Shown here in pieces: positions 1 through 12,667 of a stretch of 64,000 nucleotides of DNA. The translations under genes were made by a program, and so were the position numbers. Within the stretch, counting starts at the first letter, position 1. Each line of letters opens with the position of its first letter. Where the stretch lies: NCBI GenBank assembly GCA_013239625.1, contig MU057349.1, positions 9,079,306 through 9,143,305 of the forward strand, written 5' to 3'. Below the pieces are notes generated by a model. The model did not search any database. It saw only the letters and a list, made by a program, of their open reading frames with translations, and was not told where the DNA came from. This DNA is from Lama guanicoe. Its lineage: Eukaryota.

Positions 1-2190
1 TCTTGAGCCCATCAGGGAGTTGAGGCCAAAGGGCAACCAAGTGAATTGAATTCCAGAGTGATAAGTCCATCCCTGAGCTGCTTCACTCTTGCACAAGCCA
101 AAGAAGTGGCCACCATGTAAGCAGCTAAAAGTTTAACACACCCTTAAAGGCCAAGTGTGGGCTAGTATGTCCATGTGGAATAGCTTAGAGCCTCAGACTC
201 AAGGGAGTTTGCACTCACGCTCAAGATCTTTTCTACAAACCTCCACTGGGAGTTCGCAAAAGAATTTAGAGGCGAAGTAAGATATTGGAGCAAGCCCTCC
301 TCCACTGTACAGACACGCAGGAGGTGATACAAACATGCAGCTGCTGCTGGGAGACAAGCCAGCCTCGCCTTCTTCCCCAGAGCCTTCTCTTACCACCAAA
401 AGTCTTAAACTGCTGGGGGAGGGGAGAAAGCCCTCTGGCCCCTAGGACCAGGGAAAAGTCCATTGCTCCTGGGAGAAGAATAGAAGCAAAACCTGCTTGT
501 CTCTGAGGGAGGAGTAGGAAACTCTCTCGCCAAAGACAGAAGCGCAGAGCCATTGCTACTGAGGAAAGGGTGGAAGCAAAAACCTTCTGCACCACTGGCT
601 TATGCCCAGGACCCTGCACTGCTCCAGAGCACATCTCCTACTGTGGGGAGAGGCAAGAATGCTCAGAAAACCTTAACCCCAAGGTTCAGGCACACAGGGC
701 TTGCCTAAGACTGATAAAGGGACAGGACGAAAAAGAAACCCCATTCCCCTACAACAAGCCATGCCCAGAGAAACAAACAACAGACGCCTCTGCCAATCCC
801 CCAACCTTGGGGTAGGGGCAAGAGTGCAAAGAGAGATCTACTCTGGGTGCAGGTATGCAGAGATGGCTGAAAGCTGAGGGGAAGCACAAATGCTTAGAAA
901 AGTCCTTTGGCACCCCAGACTCCACTCTACACACACGGTATCAGCAGCCATCCACTGAAGAATGTGGTGCACTAAAGGTAACCATAGCAACAACAAAACC
1001 TAGCCTCAGCTCAACTCCTGATTCACTGACTTAACCTCCACCCTCTGCCACCCCCCTCACACTGATGGCCTGCAAGAAGACTAACGTGCCTATTCTCAAG
1101 AGCAGATGATATTTACCTTAGTCTCTCTGTTCTTCTAGACATGATGTCTAGCATATAATTAAAGATTATGAATCACACAGAAGCACAAGGAAAACAAAAG
1201 TATCAAGAGATAAAGTAATTAACAGAACTAAATTCAAAGATGACCCAGATGCTGCAATCAATAGGTACCTTAAAATAACTGTAATTAACAGGTTAAAGGA
1301 ATATAGTGGAAAAGGTGGACAATATGCATGAACAGATGAGAAATTTCAGCAAAGAGATAGAAGGTATAAAAGAGTCAAATGCAAATGTTTTACATAAGAA
1401 ACAGTATCAGAAATTGATTTCTTTGATGGGCTTACTGGTAGCCAGACATAGCTGAGGAAAGAATTTGTAAACTTGAAGACACAGCAATAGAAATTATTCA
1501 AAGTGAAATATAAAGATAAAAAGGAATGAATTAAACTGAACAGCACCTCCACGAGCTGAAAAACAATATCAAACAGTTTAACGTCTGTGAAGAGAGAGAA
1601 AATAAGGTCAAAAATAATATAAAGAGATAATGATCAAGAATTTTGAAAATTAATGAAAGACAACTAAGTCACAGTTCCAAGAAGCCCAAAGAATCCCAAA
1701 CAGGATGACACCTTCCCTGCCCCATGCCCCCACAAAAACCCAAACCTAGACACATCAGAGTCAAATTGCTTAAAACCAAAAATAAAAATAAAACTCTTGA
1801 AGGCAGCAAGAAAAAGAAACATTACATGCAGAGGAATAATGCTAAGAATCTTAGCAGATTCTCCAATAACATGCAAGGCATTAGACAAGAGACTGACATC
1901 TTATCATACTGAAAGGAAAAAACCCTGCCAATCCAGAATTTTATGTCCAGTAAAAATCCCTTTCAAAGATGAAGGTAAAATAAAGACCTTCAGACAAACA
2001 AAACCTGATAATTTACTGACAATAGAACCGTGCTCCAAGAAATGGTAAAGGAAGAACTTTAGGCAGAAGGATGACATCAAGTGGAAATTAGGATATGTAC
2101 ACACACACACACGAGGCTGGAAATGAAATAATGAAGGTGAATATTAAATGTTATAAAAATTTTAATCACTTTAAAATAGTATATAGAGTA
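1..2190 (+). mobile_element. Old L1 (L1M-type): 5' region, decayed ORF1 and inter-ORF spacer
   Basis: Remnant peptide CQSRILCPVKIPFKDEGKIKTF (within 1797-2048) resembles the L1 ORF1p C-terminal domain. A-rich plus strand with multiple stops and frameshifts. Left boundary uncertain. Confidence 0.8.
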
Positions 2191-2365
2191 TGAATATATT
2201 TTTGCAGAAAGAAAGCATAGTATGATTCATTAAAAAAAACTTTAGGAGGTTATTTATCAAAATTTTAACTAATTTTTTTCGAAGTGGAAGGGTTGCCAAT
2301 TATTTTGTTCTTTGTAAAGCTTATTTGCATTTTCTGAATTTTCTGCAATGAACTTCTTATATTAC

Positions 2366-2440
2366 TTTATTATTGAAGTATAGTCAATTTATAATATTGT
2401 GTTAATTTCTGGTATACAGCATACTGATTCAGTTTTATAT
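2366..2440 (-). mobile_element. L1 3'-terminal fragment
   Basis: ttattgaagtatagtcaattt...ctggtatacagc...gattcagtt is the reverse of the L1 3' end seen repeatedly in this window. Confidence 0.8.
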
Positions 2441-2520
2441 ATATATGCATGACTGGGACAATACGCTGTACACCAGAGATTGATACAACATTGTAAATTG
2501 AATATACTTTGATTAAAAAA
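2441..2520 (+). mobile_element. L1 3'-terminal fragment
   Basis: gctgtacaccagagattgatacaacattgtaaattg followed by an A tail. Confidence 0.8.
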
Positions 2521-3925
2521 ATTATGAATAAAAAAGAAAGGAAAGAGAACCCGAAATTGATAACATCTAAATATTAGTGAGAATGATATCTCTTTGCACC
2601 AAAATGTCTTTCATTTTGTCAATCTAACCCTTCAAATGTCAATCTAACCTTGCTTTGACATCTATGTAATTATTTAAATTTTACACTAAAATTAGCTAAG
2701 ATTCCTTCTAAGCTTTGGTAGTAAAGTAGTATTTTACTAGACAAAGAATAATTTAGTGCAAACATACACTATTCTCTTTTGATTTGGTTAATCAAGACCG
2801 TGGGGAACCAGAATCTTTAGAATTCTATTTCAGAATCCAGGTACCAGTCTACATGACAGCATTACTGAAAAGATCAGAGATAATGTATATAAAGATATAA
2901 TGTAAGTACATAGTGGGTAGTTAGTAAATGACAGCTATTCTTGGCTACTGACGTGAAGATGCGTGAAGATGCCTTTATTACCATCACAATGAAGCTAACA
3001 TTTTCCTAACAGCAGTTTCAGAATCCATGGACATCTGTTGATTAATATGTCTAACATGCTTGTGACTGAAGCATTCAGATGGCAGACATTTGAGAAGCTG
3101 TCTCCTCACGTTGCCAGGGGAATTTCACATATAGAAATGGATGATCAATGTGGGGAAAGAAAAATGATACTAGTGCAGCTGATGTATTTTCACACACACA
3201 CAAGTTCTCCCAAAGTCCTACTAGGAAAAGTACCTCTGAGAGAGGCAAACAAATGGCATTTTGACTTGGAAATTTTTTAAAAGTCAAAATGAGTTCTTGA
3301 ATTATGTGCCACACTGGTTTCTCCCCTGTCCAAATTTTTAGTCACTAAAATAGGGAAATTTTGGTGTTGATGCTGCCTCCTCAATATTGAATCATCTCTG
3401 TCCTGTATCCCACAGTATTGTTCAGCTGCTTGGCCACAGCAAAGTCTCTTTATACAGGCCAAAAGTTTACTATGTGTAGCTAAGGGATAGTTTGCCTCTT
3501 CTACTGACTTTTAACAAAAGGGATCTAAATAAACACAGCTCCCAGCTCTTTCGTTGATTTGTATCAAGTCCTTGGACCTCAGAAATTCAGAATTTTAATT
3601 CCTGCCAACTACAGCTGGACACAGAGAAAATTATTCAAAGAAAAATTTATTTCTTTGTCAGAACTTTTATAGAGCCAGGAGAAGTTACCATATAAAGTGA
3701 GGGCAGTGTGTGAGAGAAGATTCCAGGGCTCAAGCTGTTAACCAAAGGTAAGATGTTCCTCAAAAATAGAAGAGAAGATTCAAGGGGACAGAATGTTTAC
3801 ATACACAAGGAACATATGAAAAGAATAATCAGAGCAAGAAAATGAAGGAGAGAATACAAGAGGACAAAGAACTGTCATCTTTCTGTCAAGGAAAAGAAAA
3901 GAGTCTGCCTGAGCAAAAAGCTAAG

Positions 3926-4073
3926 NNNNNNNNNNNNNNNNNNNNNNNNNNNNNNNNNNNNNNNNNNNNNNNNNNNNNNNNNNNNNNNNNNNNNNNNNNN
4001 NNNNNNNNNNNNNNNNNNNNNNNNNNNNNNNNNNNNNNNNNNNNNNNNNNNNNNNNNNNNNNNNNNNNNNNNN
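3926..4073. other. Assembly gap (N run)
   Basis: Run of N next to an L1 fragment. Confidence 1.
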
Positions 4074-4390
4074 GCAACATGGGTAGGCTTAGAGGGCATT
4101 ATGCTATGTGAAATTAAGTCAGACAGAGAAATACTGTATGATATATGGAATCATATATGTGGAATCTAAAAAATACAACAAACTAGTGAATATAAACAAA
4201 AAAAGAAACAGACTTGTAGATATAGAGAACAAACCACAAGGATATACTGTACAATATGAGGAATATAGCCAATATTTTACAATAGCTATAAATGGGATAT
4301 AACTTTTAAACACTGTGGATCACTATATCATGCGCCTGTAATATATACAATATTGTATAGTAACTATACTTCAATAAAAAATAAATAAGT
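4074..4390 (+). mobile_element. L1 3' end (artiodactyl/camelid type)
   Basis: gcaacatgggtaggcttagagggcattatgct...gtcagacagag...actatacttcaataaaaa. Confidence 0.85.
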
Positions 4391-6039
4391 GAATTAAAAA
4401 CTCAAGAAGATGGGGAGAAGACCATCAAGGCATGGAGAACACCGTGTGACGGGAGGAAAAATGTCCCTGTGCGGAGCAGGGCATGGGGAGGAACAAAGCC
4501 TGCTAGCAGGTGAAGAGACAAAGACAGCAGAGACAGAAAGAGGTAAATCAACAAGAGGGAGTGAACCAAAAACAGCTTCGAGCAGCAAAGGCATCCATGG
4601 GGAGAGAGGTCCAGTCAGATGCCTGGCGGGGCTTCTCTCTCACATCCCCAAACCCAGTCAGAGGCTCTAGAAAGAAAGAGCAGGTACTCTTCAGAACCTG
4701 GTTCTATTGTTCACTGTTTCATCCCCAGCACCTAGAACAGTGCGTGGTATAGAGTGGGCACTCAGAACACAGCTGTTGAATGAAAAGGGATACACACAGC
4801 AAAAAAATAAGCTGGATCCCCTGAGAAACGCCGTGTGCCTCATGGTTTCTATTATCACGGTGTGAGTGGGCAGAGAGGATGCCAAAGAGCTGGGCTCTGC
4901 GTAGAGCATGGCTGACTCATGCTCACCCTGGAGATAGTTTGGTTCCACTGTTTTAGGACCATCAAGGACATGAAGAGAAACAAGCAGCGGTCAAGCCAAG
5001 GGTGATTGATAAGCAAGGGAGTGGCAGGGGCTAGTTGTGCTTGAAGGGCCCTGCCTCCACACCTGTCCCCACATGTTACCCGGAGGTTTAGATATTTTGA
5101 CTGTCTTATCATCCAGGGTCTGTCCTTTGGGGATTATGTCTATAGCGTTTTCCACAAAAGACAACTTACCCAACCAAGGCCTTGAATGTGCCAGCTATTC
5201 AGTCATTAATCTAGACAAGAATTGTTAGCAATCAGTAGAGTAGGGCCCAGGGAAAATGAACTCAGAGTAGAGAGAAACTCCCCAAGATCCAACATGAAAC
5301 CAGGATCAAAGAGCAATGGATTTAGTCAATGGAGAGGGAGTCAAGTTGGTTGTAAATCCCCAGATGACTCATCCCACCCCACTAGGGGATCCCCCGAGTG
5401 AAAGATGAAGCTGTAGGGGTAGAGAAGTGAAGATGAGTCAGTTGTAGGCTTGTCTGGCTGCTCTGCCCTGGCTATGTGACAGTCACCAACCGAGAAATAC
5501 ACTTAGGGTTTAGACAGGCAGGACTGACACAAAGTCATAAAAAGGTGACAGAGATGTGGTGCTTGTCCTTGAAAAAGAAAAAAAAAAGACTAATGATAAC
5601 AGATCAGGAGACAAATTGAGGTGAAACAGACCTCAAAAAGGTTCTAGCCATTCAAGTGCCTTTTCTCTTGGAATGGCAAGATTTGCATATTTTCACCTCT
5701 TTCCAGGGCACTGAAACAAGTGCTCCCCTCTTCTGAATCTTTCCATCCATTTTCTCTTAGCTTATCCCATCATCTAGGTGATGAATCAAGAAACTTTTTT
5801 TCCTGTGTCTGGACTAGGCCAGCATAAAATGCACCTGACAGCATCTGCATGTTACTTCTAGAGGAATTTCTAAGATGGGATTCCATGGGAATAGGAGCAA
5901 CAGCCTCTGAATTCTCTCGTCATTCTGCCATCTCAGAAAAATGATTTGAGATTCCAGTTTCTGCTGACTGAATGGAGACAGACAGGCTACACATTTGTGA
6001 TGGCCAATCATTTGCTTGAGACAGAACGATTAAGTAACT

Positions 6040-6484
6040 ATGGCAGAGGCTGCTAATTGCTTACCGCATATCACTTCACGCTTTCTTCCAAAGAAAGAAA
6101 ACCAGGATTTTATTCAGGGGTGCAATGCACCAACCAAGAGACTGCATTTCCCAATTTCCCTTGAGCACAAATACAGTTAATGAGAAGTAAGTGGATAGGC
6201 TGTGTGTGTTCTGGAGAAGCTCCTTACAGGAAACTGACTTGACTGAGCAGTGTTACCCCTACCCCACCCCCACCTTCCTTCTGGGTGGAGCTCTCGTGGC
6301 TACCTTGGACCTCAAAATGAAAGAATGAAAGTCACATGCTAAGGATGGGGGAGCAGAAAGCAAAGAAAATTCAGTTCTTTACTTGGTCCTGTGCTACTAC
6401 CATAACCTAGACCTTCAGTTATTTATATGTGAGAGAAATAAACTTCTATCTTGTTTAAGCCAAATACAATTCCCAGCTGATAGA
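6040..6484 (+). mobile_element. MaLR LTR (MLT1J-like)
   Basis: MLT1-type start and terminal aataaacttctatcttgtttaagcca. Confidence 0.65.
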
Positions 6485-7876
6485 CCCACTGTCACCCTTC
6501 TCCGTAGGCCCTTCTAGGCTCACCCCTAACATTTGTAGGGTCCCTGCCAAGAGCAGAGGTGGAGGCCCCCAGCCTGTGGCCCAATCCCTCCTCATCCCAC
6601 CCCAGCTCTGTCCGCTCTTCGTGGACATCCAAGCTCTTCCCTAAGCTAACACTGTCCACTGGCCACTCTTCTGGACTAGGGCGCACACACACTTCCCGCT
6701 AGGAGGTCAGAGCCTGGGAGAGGCTGGTGAAGGTTCTGAAAGTGAGCTCAGAGCCGTTTGGGCAGGGAATTCCACCCTAAGGCATGGTCTAGAAGCAGAA
6801 GGTTGCAGGTGGCATGCTCCTTCGCCCTGTGATCTCCTCACCCAGTGGGGAGAAGCACGGACCTGAAGGCACAGGACCTAGAGCAGGGGCCCAAATAGCC
6901 ACGGTCTAAATGAGACACCACTAGCTCGCTTCTCTCTCCCTCACCTCCAAATGTCTGCCTTTTCATTGCTCACGACTTGACAGGAGAGCAAAACCTGAAG
7001 TTGTCCAGTTAACTACTTTTTGTAACAGCCTTGGTAAAACAACCTTTTAGAGAAAAGTCTGGAACTATAGCTTGAAATGTGTTGCTTTCCTGTTACCCTC
7101 AATGCCGCTATCTTTGCTCTTTTATTAGACTGTGTAATGGAAAGCTCTCTGGCAAGCTTTTCTTTGATAAGCTGTCATTAGGATGGCCAAGCACAGTTGC
7201 TCAATCAACTGCAGCATCAGTGCTGGTGTAAATCCTGGGTCTCTGCCATTTACACATTTGCCTGTTTGGGGCAACTCTCCCAGCTGAGTCTGTTCGCAAC
7301 TTTGCTCCCCGGGAGTGAGTGGAATCAGTGGCAAACCCCGGCCCCTGAAACTGGAACAGGGACTGTTGCCTTCAGAGGACCACAGAGGACAGCAGAGGGA
7401 ACCCTGCCCAGGAGGGGGATTCTCTAAAGTGTGACGCTGAAATGGACAACGAGCTGGGCAGCTTTCTGTTTCTCAGGAAGCCCCCCACTCAGCCTAGGGC
7501 AGCAAGGACTGAGACCAGGTGCAAGGCTGCTGACAAGGGGACCCACCGCTCCAGCTCCCACCCCTAAGTGCAAGGACTTATTCCTTAAGGAATCTGTCTG
7601 CTCCACGTGGCCTGACTGGTGCCACTGGTAAAGCTAGCTTCTTGAACGTGAAAATGCCCACAGGCTGCACTATCTTTGTGTATCATGGAAGCTCTCTTCC
7701 TTTCATTCAGTGATTCAAAGTCTCATTTTGGATTTTGGGTCTCCACGCTGTCCAGGCTGAATAGTGACCTAAGGACATGAGTGGCCACTCACACTTCAGA
7801 GAACCGTTGCAGCCCCTTTCAAAGAACAAGATACAACCCAAAGAACACTGAGCCAATAATCCAAGATGTAGGTCCC

Positions 7877-8240
7877 TGCTAGAGACTGAATGTTTGTGTC
7901 CCACCTCCCCAAAATTCACATGTTGAAACTTAATCCTCATGCAGTGATGGCCTTTGGGAGGTGATGAGGTCATGAGCGTGGAGCCCTCGTGAGTGGGATT
8001 AGGGTNNNNNNNNNNNNNNNNNNNNNNNNNNNNNNNNNNNNNNNNNNNNNNNNNNNNNNNNNNNNNNNNNNNNNNNNNNNNNNNNNNNNNNNNNNNNNNN
8101 NNNNNNNNNNNNNNNNNNNNNNNNNNNNNNNNNNNNNNNNNNNNNNNNNNNNNNNNNNNNNNNNNNNNNNNNNNNNNNNAGATAGCCAGTCTATAGCATT
8201 TTTTTTTTTTTTGGTCATAGCAGCCCAAACAGACTGACAG
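7877..8240 (+). mobile_element. MaLR LTR (MLT1A-like), with an N gap at 8006-8179
   Basis: actgaatgtttgtgtccc...aaaattcacatgttgaaacttaatcc...gagccctcgtgagtgggattag; ends atagcagcccaaacagactga. Confidence 0.85.
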
Positions 8241-8244
8241 TATT

Positions 8245-8386
8245 TTTTTAACCTTTAATTTAAAAAATTTTTTCAGATGGGGGCATAATTAGTTTTTTTA
8301 AAAATTTTAATGGAGGTACTCGGAATTAAACCCAGGACCCCACGCAAGCTAGGCACACACTCTACCACTGAGCCATACCCTCCCCC
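8245..8386 (-). mobile_element. tRNA-derived SINE (camelid Vic-1-like)
   Basis: Reverse complement reads ggggagggtatggctcagtggtagag...ctgggtttaattccgagtacctcc, with A box, B box and AT-rich tail. Confidence 0.85.
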
Positions 8387-8731
8387 ACAACAATACTTCT
8401 ATCCCCAACTTTCTATTTACAAAATTTATTGGTTTTCTTATGGGAAAAAAAATGGAAGGCATGGGTTAAACGATTTGTAAGGTCCCTCCAAGTCCAGTGG
8501 CTCTATATAGTTCTCTAAAGTGACAGACATAACAAATATCCTTGCCCCCACCTTCATCCAACTCCTTCTCATCTCATTGGCTTAGAAGCTAGTTCCTTCC
8601 AGCCTGCAAGGTGGGCTAGGAGACCCCTCTCTCTCCTATAATAGCACTCCTCTCACTAGAGTGTAATTGTCTGTAAATTAATTTGTGGGTTCCTTGCTAG
8701 TCTGAAAATTCTAGGGGGACAGAGACTAATC

Positions 8732-9100
8732 TTTTAATTGAAATATATTTGATTTACAAGGTTTCAGGTGTACAGCAAAGTGATTCAGTTATACATATAT
8801 GATTCAGTTATACATACATATATATATATATTTTCAGATTCTTTTCCATTAAAGTTACTCCAAGAAATTGAATATAGTTCTGTGTGCTACACAGTAGGTT
8901 CTTGTTGTTTATCTATTTTATACATAGTAGTGTGTTTCTGTTGATCCTAAACTCCCAATTTATCCCTCCCCTATTTCCCTTTCCCCTTGGGTAACCATAA
9001 GTTTGTTTTCTATGTCTGTGAGTCTGTTCCTGTTTTGTAAATGAGTTCATTTGTATCATTTTTTTCACATTCCACATGTAAGTGATATTGTATGATATCT
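8732..9100 (-). mobile_element. L1 3' end inserted into an L2 3' fragment (about 8620-9170)
   Basis: Typical reverse L1 3' UTR (tacagcaaagtgattcagtt...ggtaaccataagtttgttttctatgtctgtgagtctg) with L2-like flanks. Confidence 0.85.
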
Positions 9101-9519
9101 GAGGGAGAACAATCTTTGAGGTTGTATCCTCATTTCTAGCAAGAGCTCAAAGATATATATGAAATGATGACACGAAATGATGACACAAGTGGGTGGTTTC
9201 TGATAGCTACAACCTCCTTTGGTCACTGGACTGGTGATGAAAGCCGTTCACAGATCACTATTCAGGGAGCATGCTGAAACAGTCTTTGTCCTTCAGCCTG
9301 CATTTAGAAAGAGGCTTTGGGCATATGTACCAGGAGTATACTCCTAATGATGAATCAGACTACCACATCTTTTCAAGGGAGAAGATGAGAAAAAAATCTT
9401 CTATTTTTATGATCAGAGAAACCCGGACTGTCACATGGAGCTCAGTTCTCATGAATAAAATAGAAGGTCCTCTGCCTTCTCATCTGAGCTCGTCAAATTA
9501 CTCTAAGGTCTGATTGTCC

Positions 9520-9890
9520 CGAAGCATTACTAATTGTTGAGCAGCATCATTTATATCACAAAACTGGAAATGACACACATACCCAGTCGCAGAGCGATGG
9601 TTAAATAAACTATGACACCCAAACAGTGAACTCACGCAGCCCTTGATAATGACACCTGCTAGATAATCTGAAGTTAAAAGGCGAGACATGAAATTACATA
9701 AACAGTATGACTGCTGTCATGTAAAATATATCAAATATACGCACAAAATATGACGGAGATACTACAGAACCCGAACAGTAGCTGTGTTCCTGTGTTAGGG
9801 CTGTGATGCTTTTCTTTCTACTTTGCTGAAGTTTGCAGATTCTCCTTAATGACCCTTAATGTGTCACTCTCATGGTGGAAAAAAAGCAAA
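9520..9890 (+). mobile_element. Old L1 (L1ME-like) 3' fragment
   Basis: gcagcatcatttata...aaaactggaaa...atggttaaataaactatg. Confidence 0.6.
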
Positions 9891-10077
9891 TCAACACATC
9901 CTTTAGTTGTTAACTGAAAATGTCTTTTATTTTCTGCTATAAAACTTTTGGCTATTGATACTGGTTGCGTCCCCTGAAAGAGCCATATTGAGGAGCACAG
10001 AGAAGGCCCGATGGTGAAGCCAGCAGAAAGCAGAGGGCGGAAAGACATGGAATCCTCTGGAGCAGCAGCTGTCTCTC

Positions 10078-10215
10078 TAATAATAGTCATCCCTGATCTA
10101 AGCTCTTACTATATGCCAGGCATTTCCCACACGTTTTTTTTTCATCATGCTCTCATAAAAGCTATAAGAGATGGGTACTACCGTTACTCCCATTTTACGG
10201 CTGAAACTGAGCCCT
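10078..10215 (-). mobile_element. MIR
   Basis: cttactatatgccaggca...cccattttacgg...aaactgag. Confidence 0.7.
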
Positions 10216-11279
10216 ACAGTGGTCAATTCTTTTGCTGGTACATGGAGGGAGCAGAGGGGGGGCCTGGGGGTCTGTCTCCACCATCCGCCATTCTCTCACC
10301 ATGTGTTATACCCACTCCAATGTCAAAGGAGAGGCTGAGGGGAAAATAAGCCCATTTCTAAGCCATACTTCCTCTCACGCAAGGGTCTTTTCTGTCAGAG
10401 GCACAGCCTCCATTTCCATTTTCAGGAGATTCTGTTCGATAAATCCTTAAATGACTCTGCCTGTCAGTGGAGAGGGTATCCGGTAACCACTTGTTCACCG
10501 TATTACCTCAAGGCTGTAACCAGAGTGCAATCCAAAAATTGTCTCTCTTTGCACATAAATTGCTCTGTGGTAACAACCCATTTACAAGTGCTCTCATTGT
10601 GGCCAAGTTTGCAGATCCAGACCAACATGGATACAGTCCATGCCAGCTTCCTAGTTAAAATGCGAACTCTGGTCACTCTAGTTGCCAGCACAATTACAAG
10701 CCATCTTTCACCATGTGCTGGTTGAAATAGATTCACCCTACAAATGCTGACAGCCTGAATACGCTCATGAGTGCACACAAGCACTTTGAGGCTCTTTGTT
10801 ACATGGTCACATTTTCTCTACACAGAAGCCTACTGGTGTTCACATTTCCAGGACTGGGGAGGTTGAGGGGAGACTTTACTACAAGAGAATTTCAGGAGAA
10901 CACATCAGGGTACCTACAGAGAGTCCAGTCCCTTCGGAGTCAAGTGTATCACAAAAATAAAGCAAGTGCTCTCTGCCCTCCTCGCCACCCCAGGGAAACA
11001 CCAGTGGGCAAGTCCACGGCAGCATTCCATGAGATCAGGCATGCAGATTGATCCAAACGAAACGACAAGTGGGCTTAAAGGAAATCCATTTCCAAATCAA
11101 GTTTAAATTCAAAACAAAGAGCCAAAGGGAATGAATAAACAGAGAAATCCTAACAAGAAGACCCAGTCCTCAGGGTAAGCGCTATGAGGGGACCTGCCTG
11201 GGGATACTGTTGCACCCATTGTGCTCTCTGTCTCCGGGTCCTGTCCCAGAGGGACGATCGGTGGTGTCAGTTCACTTAC

Positions 11280-11485
11280 TTTCTCTGGAACCGGACCACG
11301 GGATCAGCCAGCAGGTCAGTGACGTCAAGCCTCCTCCCCTTCTCGATGACATCCCGATGCTTGCGGACGAACAGCCACCCGACGTGGGAGAAGAAGAAGC
11401 CCCGGCGGGCGTTGTGGGGGTCGGCGTCTGTCTCCGAGTACTTGTGGTGGACTCGGTGGTCCCTGGACCACTCGAAGATGTCGTT
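11280..11485 (-). CDS. SCD5: SCD5 coding exon 3 (206 nt): NDIFEWSRDHRVHHKYSETDADPHNARRGFFFSHVGWLFVRKHRDVIEKGRRLDVTDLLADPVVRFQR(K)
   Basis: My own translation; this frame is not in the ORF track. Contains His box 2 (HRVHH) and the ETDADPHNARRGFFFSH desaturase motif. Acceptor attctctctgtAG|AAC and consensus donor AA|GTAAGT. Confidence 0.97.
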
Positions 11486-12494
11486 CTACAGAGAGAATGC
11501 AGACCCTCGTGAAGATGTAAAGCAACCTGGCACCTTCTCAAAAGCTTTTTGGCCACCCCCACCCTCACCACTGACTTCCTCTTGTTCCCACCCTCAACCC
11601 ACAATCTTCTAAACCTGAGTTCAATCTCTGGGGTGGGTTTGGGTGCTTTTCACCCAAACAAGAGTAAATCCTCACTAAGTAGGGATCTTAGCTTGTGTTT
11701 GCGATGTGCCCTTGGCAGGAGTTTCAGGCTTGAGTGAACTAGTGGGGAAACCTGAAAGAAAGTTCTAGGGGGGAGATGAGGGGCTACTAAGTCTCCTGGG
11801 AGATCATTCATGTCAAGAAAGAGAGATCCAGTCTCAGGATCAAGACTTAGCGGCCAGAGGAGAGAGAACCTCAAGGATGAAAGGAGATGCGTTCTTAGCC
11901 TGGGTCTCTCTGCCCTCCCTCCCCCTCTTTGATGGGCTTCAGGTCCAACACACAGAGCACAGGAAGCTGGTAAGTAAAAACCCAAAAAGCTACTTTGCTA
12001 GATCACTGCAAAATACCAAGGCACAAATAACATTGTTTGAGGACTGCTGTAACAGGGTGTCAGAGAAAAGGAGGAGAGGGCTGGCTCCTGGAGGAACCTG
12101 GTGTACTTGGCCGGATGCACCAAGTGAAGAAGCAGCAATGCCTGAGGGGCGAGCGGCCCCCACTGGAAACCCAAGAGACACGCTGGTGCCCAAGGAAGAA
12201 GCATCAGGTCCAGCAGACTCTGCCAAACCCACAGCAGGGCGGGGCTCAGGCTCACACGGGAGACCAGCCTGTGGACCCTCTGGTGACGGGGACACTGTCA
12301 GGGACTGGAGGTCCTGGGTGAGCTCTCAGGGACAGTTTTTCAGCTAATTTTCTTAATGAAACCTTAGCTAAAGCCATGGGTCAGTGCGATCTATAGATTC
12401 TCAATTTATATTCAGTTTTGTGTTTATTTGATAATGCTTTCCAAACTGAGACAGGAAATTTGGTTGGGAAGTAGAGCTTTTGATAGGAAAATTA

Positions 12495-12667
12495 CAGTTG
12501 ACCCTTGGACAACACACGTTTGAACTGCTCAGGTCCACTTATATACAGATATTTCAATAGCAAATCCCACGGTACTACATGGCCTGAGGTTGGTTGAATC
12601 CGAGGATGTGGAGGGCCGATGACAAATTACAGGTGGGCTAACCTCCGAGTTGTTCAAGGGTCAACTA
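12495..12667. mobile_element. Tigger2-derived MITE (TcMar)
   Basis: TIRs CAGTTGACCCTTGGACAAC / GTTGTTCAAGGGTCAACT(A), flanked by TA on both sides. Confidence 0.9.

Larger units (their letters stand above)
1..11279 (-). other. SCD5: SCD5 intron 3 (partial); exon 4 lies beyond the left edge
   Basis: No downstream desaturase exon found. Confidence 0.8.

Noticed and set aside
1797-2048. Functional or domesticated L1 ORF1
   Set aside because: Short remnant surrounded by stops and frameshifts.
7707-8237. ORFs spanning N runs (also near 3842, 35715, 36172 and 47507)
   Set aside because: Their length is an artefact of X codons.
1-11279. Alternative terminal exon equivalent to human SCD5 isoform B
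   Set aside because: I could not identify it from sequence alone; it needs alignment or RNA-seq.
11184-11612. ORFs of 142, 100, 110 and 66 aa overlapping exon 3
   Set aside because: Antisense or off-frame shadows of the GC-rich SCD5 exon.
11877-12347. 156-aa ORF, and similar 140-170-aa ORFs near 39270, 40756, 42330-43406, 46490 and 51748
   Set aside because: No recognisable domains or exon-like structure; consistent with chance ORFs, many from non-ATG starts.
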